From assembly GCA_041311015.1 (NCBI GenBank), contig JBFYKG010000001.1, positions 1,103 to 65,102 of the forward strand: a stretch of DNA of 64,000 nt. The letters run 5' to 3'. The translations under genes were made by a program, and so were the position numbers. The notes under the pieces are model-generated. The model ran no database searches. It saw nothing but the letters and a program-made list of their open reading frames with translations, and was not told where the DNA came from. The stretch is from Rhodocyclaceae bacterium. Its GTDB lineage: Bacteria; Pseudomonadota; Gammaproteobacteria; Burkholderiales; Rhodocyclaceae. Shown piece by piece: positions 1-9,209 of the stretch; the stretch's first letter is position 1; the number at the start of each line of letters is the position of its first letter.

Positions 1-458
1 AGGTTGGCGTAGGCCGTGTTGTTGGCTTCAACGGTTTGCTTGATGGCAGCCAGCACAACGTCCGAACCAAACGGAGCAGCCTTGGCACCCGAGACAGCAG
101 CGTCTTGCACCTTCTTGCTCAGGTCGTCGAATTGCTTCTTCAGCATGCCGCTGATTTCCGAAGCAGCACCGTTGGCGATGTCGTACACGCCACGAGCGTA
201 GGCAACCACGCTCTCAACCACCGGCTGAACCGAGTCAGCGTTCATGGCAGCAGCTTCTTGCGGGGTCTTCAGCTTCAGTGCCGCGTTGGCTTGCTTCGAG
301 CCCTTGTTCAGCGATTCGCGAGCAAAAGTCAGATTCAGAGCCGACAGGCTTTCGATGGCTTCCAGTGCGGTGTGCGCAACGGCTTCCAGGTTAGCGATGG
401 CAGCAGCGTTAGCAGCGGTCAGTTCTTCAACGTTCGGCAGATTGGCGTTCTTGGCCAT
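1..458 (-). CDS. phaP: Phasin (PHA granule-associated protein); 3' end runs off the window
   Basis: Not in the ORF track; manual translation from ATG at 458 gives MAKNANLPNVEELTAANAAAIANLEAVAHTALEAIESLSALNLTFARESL...AYARGVYDIA...APFGSD, typical of betaproteobacterial phasins. AAGGAA RBS upstream. Confidence 0.9.
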   Translation of the reverse strand, partial: MAKNANLPNVEELTAANAAAIANLEAVAHTALEAIESLSALNLTFARESLNKGSKQANAALKLKTPQEAAAMNADSVQPVVESVVAYARGVYDIANGAASEISGMLKKQFDDLSKKVQDAAVSGAKAAPFGSDVVLAAIKQTVEANNTAYAN

Positions 459-506
459 GATCGGTTCCTTTCTAAAATTGAGTGGTATCAGTGATCTGAT
501 GTAGTC

Positions 507-540
507 ACTATACACCCATTTTGCTGCATTGCAACATTTT
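507..540 (-). promoter_or_regulatory. sigma70 promoter of phaP overlapped by a PhaR-like operator
   Basis: Minus strand TTGCAA (534-529), 16 nt, TATAGT (512-507). TTGCTGCATTGCAACA (521-536) fits the TGC-N3-GCA-type PhaR box. Confidence 0.6.
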
Positions 541-673
541 TTCGAACTTTTTTAAAATCAGCGAGTTGCGATGCCAACAGCATGGGCCGTCCTGCCACCC
601 GCCGGGCCGCCCACTGTGCCTCCCAAAACCCCTGCGCTTGTTGGCTGCGTGGCGGTGTCGTAGCATACCGCTC

Positions 674-1057
674 ATGAAAAACATGCCTGCCTTTGCGTAC
701 GCGCTTGCCCTCGTTCTGGGTGGTCTGACCGGTTGTAGTTCAATCGATGTGGATTCCGGTCACCTGCGTAACAACACGCCCCGTTTTACGACGTTTACAA
801 CCGAGAGCCCGCAGGCCATGCTGGACTGCATTGACCAGCGCTGGACCAACAGCGGCCGCCCGGCCCTGGCGTTTCGACGTACGGATACCGGTCTGGCGCT
901 GCTGACGATCCAGAAGCTCGATACCCATGAAAAAGTGCCGATGGTCTATATCGCCATCGACAAGAGCCGCGAGGGCTCGTCGGTCCGGTTCTACAGCAAT
1001 CATCTGGACGACATGGCCGACCGCAGCATGGTCAACATCATCCAGGGCTGCCACTGA
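674..1057 (+). CDS. Hypothetical lipoprotein
   Basis: MKNMPAFAYALALVLGGLTGC has a signal peptide and an LTGC lipobox; ATG 674 preferred over the upstream TTG. Confidence 0.75.
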   Translation: MKNMPAFAYALALVLGGLTGCSSIDVDSGHLRNNTPRFTTFTTESPQAMLDCIDQRWTNSGRPALAFRRTDTGLALLTIQKLDTHEKVPMVYIAIDKSREGSSVRFYSNHLDDMADRSMVNIIQGCH

Positions 1058-1135
1058 GTTTTTTAAACCCTATCCCCAGCAGTGTTCATTAACCTTGTAA
1101 ATTAAACGGCTTAATAAAAAATTGTGGCTTGCATC

Positions 1136-1191
1136 TAGACGGATTGCGTTCCGGGCACTATATTGATCACAGACGTTTTCTGAGAAAAACG
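1136..1191 (+). promoter_or_regulatory. sigma70 promoter and palindromic operator upstream of the wHTH gene
   Basis: TAGACG (1136-1141), 17 nt, TATATT (1159-1164), followed by the inverted repeat TTTTCT-G-AGAAAA (1176-1188). Confidence 0.5.
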
Positions 1192-1219
1192 CCACCCCCC
1201 AACCCAAAGACCATTACCC

Positions 1220-1555
1220 ATGAAATCAAAGAATCCTTACGTCCGCCTGCTGAACTTTATGCGCGTTTCGAACAACTCCGATAGCAGCTTTGCCGGCTGC
1301 GAAGAAGTGCTGGCGTACATGCACGAGGCTGCTGCCAACGGCAAGTCGGTCAAGATTACCGATCTGGTTCAAAGCCTGCAGTTCGGCACGGGCCCGACCG
1401 TACACCGCAAAGTGGTCGAGTTGCATAGCCGCGGCCTGATCGAAGTCCAGCGTTCAGCCACCGATGGTCGCGCCAAGTCGCTGGCGCTGTCGGACGCCGG
1501 TACCAAGCATCTGGATCAGCGTAGCAAGTCGCTCAAAGCCGTTCTGCAAGGCTAA
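1220..1555 (+). CDS. MarR-like winged-helix regulator
   Basis: 111 aa; HTH region GTGPTVHRKVVELHSRGLIEV and wing motif DGRAKSLALSDAG. Confidence 0.8.
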   Translation: MKSKNPYVRLLNFMRVSNNSDSSFAGCEEVLAYMHEAAANGKSVKITDLVQSLQFGTGPTVHRKVVELHSRGLIEVQRSATDGRAKSLALSDAGTKHLDQRSKSLKAVLQG

Positions 1556-1560
1556 GCGGT

Positions 1561-2049
1561 ATGTCATCCGGGTCGGCCGGCTCGCCCGAGACCCGGAGTG
1601 AATCAGCACGATACGAACTGCCCGCCGGCGATATCAGCCCTGGGCGTTCGCAACCCAAGCGGGTCGCGCCCAAACGGCGCCAAGGTCAGAGCCAACTGGT
1701 TCAGCGCGTGGCGCTGGGTGTAGCCACGTTCGGCATCGCGCTGGCACTGGTCGGCTTTATTTACCGCTTCAGTATTTCCCCGGCCTTTGGCGATGTGGCC
1801 TTCGAGAACGGCACGACGGCAGCCATCGCCCTACTGATCGGATGTTTTGCGCTGCCAACAGAACGGCGGCTGCGCCTAGGCTCACGCGCGCATCTGCTGG
1901 TGTGCCTGGTGGTTCTATCGATCACCCCCTGGACCTACCAGCTCGGCAATCAACTAGAAGCATCCGGCGTGGACTTGGCCACCGGCTTCAACTTTGTGTT
2001 CGAGGTTTTACTAGCGGCCGTGCTTTATCGCGTTACCGCCCGAACTTAA
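1561..2049 (+). CDS. Hypothetical membrane protein (about 4 TM segments)
   Basis: Four hydrophobic stretches; lies 5 bp after the regulator; start codon uncertain. Confidence 0.6.
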   Translation: MSSGSAGSPETRSESARYELPAGDISPGRSQPKRVAPKRRQGQSQLVQRVALGVATFGIALALVGFIYRFSISPAFGDVAFENGTTAAIALLIGCFALPTERRLRLGSRAHLLVCLVVLSITPWTYQLGNQLEASGVDLATGFNFVFEVLLAAVLYRVTART

Positions 2050-2050
2050 G

Positions 2051-2173
2051 ATGCCAGCCATTGTATTTTTTGAGGTGGGCATTGCCCTACTGCTGGTGAT
2101 CGGCGTCTGGGGCTGGCTGCGATGGCACCAACCCCGCGACGCGGATGACCCAACCGATCTTAAAGATCAGTAA
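2051..2173 (+). CDS. Small single-TM protein (40 aa)
   Basis: Below the ORF-track cutoff. MPAIVFFEVGIALLLVIGVWGWLRWHQPRDADDPTDLKDQ starts 1 bp after the upstream stop. Confidence 0.5.
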   Translation: MPAIVFFEVGIALLLVIGVWGWLRWHQPRDADDPTDLKDQ

Positions 2174-2822
2174 TCACCAGGGATTCGGCCAGGCGGGACT
2201 TAGGCAGCGCGGCATTAAAGTCAGCCGCCGAACGATGACCTAACGCAACCAGCACCACACTTTTGAGGCCCTTGGCCGCGAGCCCCAGCTCGGCATCGAC
2301 GGCCGCATCATCAAAACCCTCGATCGGGCAGGCGTCGATGCCCATCTCGGCCGCGCCCAGCAAAAGAAACCCCAGGGCAATGTAGACCTGCCGGGCGCTC
2401 CAGTTCAGCACCCCGTCGGCCGCTGCATGTTTTTGGACGTAGCCTTTGCGGACGTTATGCTGGTTAGTGCGCGCCTCCTCGTTGGCCAGGCGGCCATCGC
2501 GGGTTTCCTGGTCCAGCACCTCACGCAGGTAGGACTCGTCCATGTCGGTCCGGGCACAGAGGACGACGACCTCGGCGGCATTCATGATCTTGGGCTCGTT
2601 GTAGGCAAAGTTGCCGCTGGCCCCTGCGGCCACCCGGCGTTTTGCGGCCTCGTTGGTCGCCATATAAAAATGCCAGGGTTGGGCATTGGTGGACGAAGGG
2701 CTCATCCGCAACAGCGTGCGTACGGCTGCCGATTGCGCCGGGGTCAACCCGCGCCCCGCCTCGAAGGCTTTGGTAGTTTTGCGCTGCTGAACGATGCCGG
2801 CGATCGGCAATGGTTGCGTCAT
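2160..2822 (-). CDS. nfsB: Oxygen-insensitive NAD(P)H nitroreductase (NfsB family)
   Basis: RKTTKAF, SPSSTNAQPWHF, GIDACPIEGFD and C-terminal DFNAALPKSRL motifs. Confidence 0.9.
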   Translation of the reverse strand: MTQPLPIAGIVQQRKTTKAFEAGRGLTPAQSAAVRTLLRMSPSSTNAQPWHFYMATNEAAKRRVAAGASGNFAYNEPKIMNAAEVVVLCARTDMDESYLREVLDQETRDGRLANEEARTNQHNVRKGYVQKHAAADGVLNWSARQVYIALGFLLLGAAEMGIDACPIEGFDDAAVDAELGLAAKGLKSVVLVALGHRSAADFNAALPKSRLAESLVITDL

Positions 2823-2895
2823 ACACTTCCTCTCAACGGATATCAGGCAGGCATCCCTGCGTTCAGCTAGTATGTTAACTGCTTAAGACCCCACC

Positions 2896-5682
2896 ATGAC
2901 AGCCTTGACGCGTTCCTCCCTTGCTCCGATCACCCTGGCCCAGCTGACGGCAGATAGCGTGGTGATCTGCGCTACCCAGCGTCTGGCGCAGACCCTGAGC
3001 CGGGCTCACGATGACGCGGCCGGTGGGCGTGACAGCTGGGCGACACTGGCCAGCACCACCTTCAGCCAGTGGCTTCAAGCCCGTTACGCAGCTTTGGCGC
3101 TGCGTGGGTTAGAGCCCCCCGCACTGGCCGGCCTGCGCGTCCTGGACGGATTTCAGGAACGGCTGCTCTGGGAACAGGTGATTCACCAGAGCCTGGGAGC
3201 CAATGCAACGTATCTGTTTGATATGGGCGCGCTGGCGGCCACGGCCGCAGAGGCCAACGCTTTAACAATTAACTGGCAGATCGCCCCGGCGCGCGCCAGC
3301 GCCCTCTTTGCCAGCGAAGAACAGCGACGCTTTGCCGAATGGCAAACGGCCTTTGTGGCGCGTTGTCAGACACTCGGGGTCATCGATGGCGCCCGCCTGA
3401 ACGCGGCGCTAATTGATGCGCTCGAGACACCGGGTCTGGCACTGCCCTCCCAGGTGGTCTTTGCCGGCTTTGATCATTTCACACCATTGGAACGACGGCT
3501 ACAGCAATCGCTCAGCGCGCGAGGTTGCCTGTGCCTTGAACTGGTGAGCACCGACGAATCAATCGCAACGCAGACCCGGGTCGAACAGACTGCACATCTG
3601 GATGCGGAATGTCTGGCGGTTGCCCATTGGGCGCGCGATTGGCTGGCACGCGATCCGAAAGCACGGCTCGGTATTGTCGCCCCCGATCTGGCGAGCTACC
3701 AGTACCCGCTGACCGATGCGCTGGAGGATGTGCTTGCGCCGGATCTGGTATTGCCCCAGAACGCCGCCAAACGCCGACCGTACAACATCAGCCTGGGCCA
3801 ACCGCTGGCGGTGCAACCGCTGGTGCGCGCCGCACTGAACCTGTTACAGATCCTGACGCAGTCGCATGCTGTAGCGCAATCGCTGGTCTCCGATGTGCTG
3901 GGCAGTACCTACTGGTCAGTCGATGCCGAAAGCGATGCGCGGGCGCGACTGGATACAGCGATGCGGGAAGGGATTGCCCCGAAGGCACCTCTGGCCCGTT
4001 ACAGCGATTTCGCTGACTATCTCTTTGAGAAGCAGCAGGTCGCCGCGCCGGCCACACTCGGCTATCTGAGCGCCCTCGGCGCTTCAACGCGCGGCTTGGG
4101 CAAATCCCGACTGCCCTCTGAGTGGCGCCGAATCATCCAGGCCGTACTGGGCAATGGCGGCTGGCTGGCCAACGGCCGTTTGCGCAGTCATGAATTTCAG
4201 GCCCGCGAAGCCTTTGGCAAAGAACTGGCCCAACTTAGCCAGCTGGACCAGATCACCGGCAGCATCACGTTCAGTAAAGCCGTCTCGTTGCTCACGCAAC
4301 TTTGCGCGGAACGCCTATTCCAGCCCAAAACGACCGGCACGCCACCGATCCAGATTCTGGGGGTGCTGGAAGCGGCCGGGATGCGCTTTGATGCGCTCCG
4401 AGTCCTGGGCCTGACCGATACGGCATGGCCACCGGTGGCCAACCCGAACCCGCTGTTGCCGGTCGAAGCGCTGCGTGCCGCCGGCGCACCGAATGCCAGC
4501 GCCCTGGTGCAACTGAACTTTGCCACACGCATTCAGGATCGCTTAATGCGGAGTGCGCCGGACATCACATTCAGTTATCCGCGCATGAATGAGGCCACCG
4601 AACAGCAGCCCAGCCCACTCATCCCGAAGACCGCCCCGGTACAGAACACCATGCCGCCGACCCGACCCTGGGCCGATGCCATCGACCCAACGGGCTCACA
4701 CCTTCAAACGATTGACGATGTCTACGCACCCGCCGTGGCCGCGGGCGATAACGTGAACGGGGGAACCGCGTTACTTCGAGCACAGGCCATCTGCCCGGCC
4801 TGGGGCTATTACCAGTACCGCCTCGGCGCCAAAGCCCTGGCCCAACCGGTTGAGGGCCTGGATCCGCGCAAGCGGGGGACACTGGTGCATGACACGCTGG
4901 AATTTTTCTGGTGTGCCACCCAGACCTTTGCGGCACTCAAGGCCATGAGCGACAAAGCCCGGGAGGTCGCCGTTGCCCGCGCGGCCAGCGACGCTCTGAC
5001 GCGATTTAATAGTGATCGAAAACGCGAAGCCCTCAAGCCCCGCCAGACCGAACTGGAACATCGGCGGCTGGTGCGACTGGTCGATGCCTGGTTGCAACTG
5101 GAGTGCGGCCGTAAAACAGACTTTGTCGTGCTCGAGGCGGAAGGCAAGCGCGAGATCAATGTCGCCGGCATTGTGGCGCACATGCGCATTGATCGCATCG
5201 ACCGTCTGGATGATGGCCGCACACTGATCATTGACTATAAAACCGGTGCCGACATTGATGTGCGCAACTGGGCCGCCGACCGGATTACCGAACCACAGTT
5301 ACCGATCTATGCCGCGATTGCCGAACACCCGGATGGCAGCATCGCCGGCGTTGCCTTCGGCATCGTGCACATGGGCGGCTCGGGGTTCCGGGGGGTCGGT
5401 CAGGATGACCAGCTGCTACCCAATGTGCACGCCATCAGCAGTAAGCGCGGTCGCCAGGTCTTCAACCCGGAAAAGTTTCCCGATTGGGAGAGCGTCTTGC
5501 AGCATTGGCGCCAGGCGATTCACAGTGTGGCCGACGAGATCCGGGCAGGTTTTGCGGGCGTGAGCATCACCGACGAAGTCGACTTGCGCTACTGCGACGT
5601 CAAACCGCTGCTGCGCCTAGCCGAACGGCAAATGCAGCTTGATGCTGCGCTGGCGGCAGCGCGCACCGAGGTGCCGCGATGA
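2896..5682 (+). CDS. addB: AddB-like subunit: degenerate helicase fold plus C-terminal PD-(D/E)XK nuclease
   Basis: C-terminal RIDRID...IIDYKTG...QLPIYA RecB-type nuclease motifs; ATGA overlap with the helicase gene. Confidence 0.8.
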   Translation: MTALTRSSLAPITLAQLTADSVVICATQRLAQTLSRAHDDAAGGRDSWATLASTTFSQWLQARYAALALRGLEPPALAGLRVLDGFQERLLWEQVIHQSLGANATYLFDMGALAATAAEANALTINWQIAPARASALFASEEQRRFAEWQTAFVARCQTLGVIDGARLNAALIDALETPGLALPSQVVFAGFDHFTPLERRLQQSLSARGCLCLELVSTDESIATQTRVEQTAHLDAECLAVAHWARDWLARDPKARLGIVAPDLASYQYPLTDALEDVLAPDLVLPQNAAKRRPYNISLGQPLAVQPLVRAALNLLQILTQSHAVAQSLVSDVLGSTYWSVDAESDARARLDTAMREGIAPKAPLARYSDFADYLFEKQQVAAPATLGYLSALGASTRGLGKSRLPSEWRRIIQAVLGNGGWLANGRLRSHEFQAREAFGKELAQLSQLDQITGSITFSKAVSLLTQLCAERLFQPKTTGTPPIQILGVLEAAGMRFDALRVLGLTDTAWPPVANPNPLLPVEALRAAGAPNASALVQLNFATRIQDRLMRSAPDITFSYPRMNEATEQQPSPLIPKTAPVQNTMPPTRPWADAIDPTGSHLQTIDDVYAPAVAAGDNVNGGTALLRAQAICPAWGYYQYRLGAKALAQPVEGLDPRKRGTLVHDTLEFFWCATQTFAALKAMSDKAREVAVARAASDALTRFNSDRKREALKPRQTELEHRRLVRLVDAWLQLECGRKTDFVVLEAEGKREINVAGIVAHMRIDRIDRLDDGRTLIIDYKTGADIDVRNWAADRITEPQLPIYAAIAEHPDGSIAGVAFGIVHMGGSGFRGVGQDDQLLPNVHAISSKRGRQVFNPEKFPDWESVLQHWRQAIHSVADEIRAGFAGVSITDEVDLRYCDVKPLLRLAERQMQLDAALAAARTEVPR

Positions 5683-8600
5683 GTCAACGCCCCATTGATC
5701 CGGCCGAGTTGCTGGCGGTAGATGCGGCAGCACGTGCAGACGCCCTGGACCCGACGCGCTCATTCATTATTGACGCCCCCGCCGGCGCCGGCAAAACCGA
5801 ATTGCTGACGCAGCGTTTTCTGCGGCTGCTGGCCTGCGTTGATGAACCCGAAGAGATCATTGCGCTGACCTTTACCAACAAGGCGGCTGCCGAAATGCGG
5901 GATCGCATCATGCGCAGCCTGCAGGATGCCGATAGCGACCCGCCGGAACACATCGAACCCCACAAACAGATCACGCGCGATCTGGCCACCGCCGTGCTGG
6001 CACAGGACCGCGCCCGGGGCTGGCAGTTACTGGCCCAGCCCGGTCGTCTGCGCGTGATGACGCTGGATGCGCTGTCGGCACGCCTAGCCCGACAGATGCC
6101 GCTGCTTTCGCGCTTTGGCACCCAGCCGGCCGTGGCCACCGACCCGGTGCCCTATTACGAACAGGCGGTTCGCAATACGCTGGATCAACTCGAAGACAAC
6201 ACCGAAGACAGCCAGACGATTGCGCAGGCACTGACCTACTTCGACAACGATGCCGGCCGCCTGCAGAAGATGCTGGTCAGTATGCTGGCACGCCGCGACC
6301 AGTGGATCAGCAAGGCAATACGACACCGCGACGCCGCTGTGCTGGGAGCCGATGTGGCGCAGGCACTGCAGGCACTGGTGACCAACCGGCTCACTGATGT
6401 GGTGGCGCGTTTTCCTGCCGCGCGGCAGCAGGGCTTCATGGCCGCAGCACGCTATGCGGCGGACCTGAGCCCCAAGTCACCCGTGTCGTTATTATCAGGC
6501 TGGGAGAAGCCACTGACGGCCGAGGTGACCGATCTGCCGCGCTGGCGGGCCGTTGCCGAACTATTTCTGACCCAGGGCAACAAGCCCCGCAGCGTGTACC
6601 GTGTGCCGATTGATATCGCCGGCCCCAAACATCAGACGCAACGCCAGGTCTTGCTCGATACCATTGCCGATCTGGTGGCGACCGGTGATGACAAAACTCT
6701 GGCGGCCATCCGCGAGCTGCCCGACCCCGGGCTGGATTCGACGGCGGCCGATCTGGTTGCCAGCCTCGCTCATCTGCTCGAACTGGCCTACGCGCAACTG
6801 TGGCTGGTGTTCAATCAGGAAAAAGTGGTGGACTTCGGCGAGATCGCTCTGAAGTCGGTGCAGGCACTCGAGGGCGAGGCGACCGCCCATGGCGTGCACG
6901 AACGCCTGGATTACCGTTTGAAGCATCTGCTGGTGGATGAGTTTCAGGACACCAGCCCACTGCAGGTAGCGCTGTTAACGCATCTCACCCAGGGCTGGGA
7001 AGGGGAACCCGATCGGTCGATCTTTCTGGTCGGTGACCCGATGCAATCCATCTACCGATTCCGTAAAGCCGATGTGGGGCTGTTCCTCCGCGTGCGCCAG
7101 CGCGGGCTGGGCAAGATCCAGCCCATCTCGCTACAGCTTTATCGCAACAACCGGTCGTACCCGGCGGTCATCGACTGGATTAACACCACCTTCGCGCAGG
7201 TATTTGCGACCGAAGATGACATCATCCGCGGCGCTGTCCGTTATGAGTCCTGCGTGGCCAGCAAGCCCAATGTGGCCGACGCCGGCGTGATGATCCATCC
7301 GGTTATTGCCGGCAGGGTGGCCGACGATGTCGATACGGAAAGCGGCGATGCCGCACCGAAGTCGCAGGCCGATGAACAGGAAGCCGCAACCATCGTTGAT
7401 CTGATCCGCACAGCGCAATCAGAATACCCGGAAGGCACGGTGGCCGTGCTGGTACGGGCGCGGCCGCATCTGGATGCACTGGTGTTGCAGCTCCAACGTC
7501 ATGCACCGGATATTCCGTTTCGTGCCGTTGAAATCGATCCGCTGGCCGGACGGCAGTCGGTTCAGGATCTGGTCTCGCTCACCCGGGCCCTGCATACGCC
7601 GGGCGACCGGGTGCACTGGCTGGCCATTCTGCGGGCGCCCTGGTGTGGGCTGACGCTACCTGACCTGCATCATCTGGCGGCAGATGATCATGTGCAATCG
7701 CTCTGGTCACTGATGCAGGATGATGCGCGCATGGCTCGACTGAGTGAGGATGGTCGGACCCGACTTAGCGCGCTTCGTGAGGTGCTCCGGATTGCCTATG
7801 CCAACCGCGGGCTGCAACGGCCCCGCCGCTGGGTCGAAGGGGTCTGGCACGCGCTGGGCGGTACAGCCTGCCTGCATCAGGCAAGCGACGTGGCGGATGT
7901 CGAGGCCTACTTCCGGTTACTCGATACGCTGGATACGCATGGCGGCCTGGATCTTGACCGGCTCGACGCAGCTCTGGGCAAACTGTACGCCGCGGCTGAC
8001 ACCCGGGAGGCCAGCGATCGCGTTCAGCTAATGACCATCCACAAATCCAAAGGCCTGCAATTCGATACGGTGATTCTGCCCGGACTACACAGAATTCCGC
8101 CGCATGATGAACACCCCCTCCTGCTCTGGGATACGCTCATTCTTGATGAGGACGGGCAGGAACATCTGGTCGTTGCGCCGGCCCCCGCGCAAGGTGATCC
8201 GGAGGGAATAGCCACACCCTACAGCCTGTTGCGGGGGCTTGAACGCACCCGCGCCCAGAACGAGGATCGACGGGTGCTTTATGTCGCCGCCACCCGGGCG
8301 ATACGCCGGCTGCATCTTTTGGGCATGGCCCGACGTGATCCCAAGGAAGATTCGGAGACCGGGCTCAAGCCGCCAGCGGGCACCTCGTTACTTGCACCCC
8401 TCTGGCCGCTCATGGTGAATGACTTTGTAGCAGCGGCCGCCGTACCTGCCCCCCCGGCGCCCCCGGCCAGCAACATCGATCCGGCGCGCTTTGTTCCGGG
8501 GCTGGTCCGGGTTGTGTCGCCGTGCCGGGTCGATCCGGCACCCGAATCAATCCCTGAGGACATCACCGAGACCGAAGCGGCGTATTTCAGCAGCACGCTG

Positions 8601-9209
8601 GATATGGATATCGGGTCGCTGGTCCACCAATATCTTGAAGCCATTGCACGAGATGGCCTGGATGCGTGGGTGCCGGAACGCCTTGAGACGCTGCAGCCCC
8701 GTTTCGTCGAAACCTTCAGGCAACTTGGGCACCTGCCGGAACAGGCCGACGAGGCCGCGGCGACCGTGCACGATACGCTGCAACGCGCCCTCACCGACCC
8801 GCAAAGCCGGTGGATCCTGGGGCCACACACCGAGGCGGGCTGCGAAGTCCCGCTCAGCAGTGCGCATCCTTCAAGCGCTATCGCAACCGATACGGCGTCG
8901 CCTGAGGACGGCGACACCCCGGCTATCCGCAGGCATGTGATCGACCGGACCTTCATCGAAAACAACATCCGCTGGATCATCGACTACAAGACGCTGCGTA
9001 CCGAACCCCACGTGTCGGAGGCGGCGCTGGAGGCACAACTAACCGAGAAGGCCGAAAGTTACCGGCCCCAGCTTGAACGCTATGCCACGCTCTATGCGCA
9101 TGAAGCAGCACAGGGCATCTGCATCCGGATGGCGATCTTTTTTCCGGCGCATGGCAAACTGATACCTATCGAACATGATTCTCAGGGAAGCGCCCATGCC
9201 CGCCAATAA
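5679..9209 (+). CDS. addA: AddA-like UvrD helicase with C-terminal nuclease
   Basis: APAGAGKT, TFTNKAAAEMRDR, VDEFQDTS, GDPMQSIYRFR, MTIHKSKGLQF, YVAATRA and IDR...IIDYKT motifs. Confidence 0.9.
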   Translation: MSQRPIDPAELLAVDAAARADALDPTRSFIIDAPAGAGKTELLTQRFLRLLACVDEPEEIIALTFTNKAAAEMRDRIMRSLQDADSDPPEHIEPHKQITRDLATAVLAQDRARGWQLLAQPGRLRVMTLDALSARLARQMPLLSRFGTQPAVATDPVPYYEQAVRNTLDQLEDNTEDSQTIAQALTYFDNDAGRLQKMLVSMLARRDQWISKAIRHRDAAVLGADVAQALQALVTNRLTDVVARFPAARQQGFMAAARYAADLSPKSPVSLLSGWEKPLTAEVTDLPRWRAVAELFLTQGNKPRSVYRVPIDIAGPKHQTQRQVLLDTIADLVATGDDKTLAAIRELPDPGLDSTAADLVASLAHLLELAYAQLWLVFNQEKVVDFGEIALKSVQALEGEATAHGVHERLDYRLKHLLVDEFQDTSPLQVALLTHLTQGWEGEPDRSIFLVGDPMQSIYRFRKADVGLFLRVRQRGLGKIQPISLQLYRNNRSYPAVIDWINTTFAQVFATEDDIIRGAVRYESCVASKPNVADAGVMIHPVIAGRVADDVDTESGDAAPKSQADEQEAATIVDLIRTAQSEYPEGTVAVLVRARPHLDALVLQLQRHAPDIPFRAVEIDPLAGRQSVQDLVSLTRALHTPGDRVHWLAILRAPWCGLTLPDLHHLAADDHVQSLWSLMQDDARMARLSEDGRTRLSALREVLRIAYANRGLQRPRRWVEGVWHALGGTACLHQASDVADVEAYFRLLDTLDTHGGLDLDRLDAALGKLYAAADTREASDRVQLMTIHKSKGLQFDTVILPGLHRIPPHDEHPLLLWDTLILDEDGQEHLVVAPAPAQGDPEGIATPYSLLRGLERTRAQNEDRRVLYVAATRAIRRLHLLGMARRDPKEDSETGLKPPAGTSLLAPLWPLMVNDFVAAAAVPAPPAPPASNIDPARFVPGLVRVVSPCRVDPAPESIPEDITETEAAYFSSTLDMDIGSLVHQYLEAIARDGLDAWVPERLETLQPRFVETFRQLGHLPEQADEAAATVHDTLQRALTDPQSRWILGPHTEAGCEVPLSSAHPSSAIATDTASPEDGDTPAIRRHVIDRTFIENNIRWIIDYKTLRTEPHVSEAALEAQLTEKAESYRPQLERYATLYAHEAAQGICIRMAIFFPAHGKLIPIEHDSQGSAHARQ

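Noticed and set aside
16-504. Plus-strand ORFs at the window start
   Set aside because: The real gene is the minus-strand phasin, missed by the track because its stop lies outside the window.
2896-9209. Helicase-nuclease pair as an anti-phage defence system
   Set aside because: Architecture, size and host-like composition fit housekeeping AddAB recombination.
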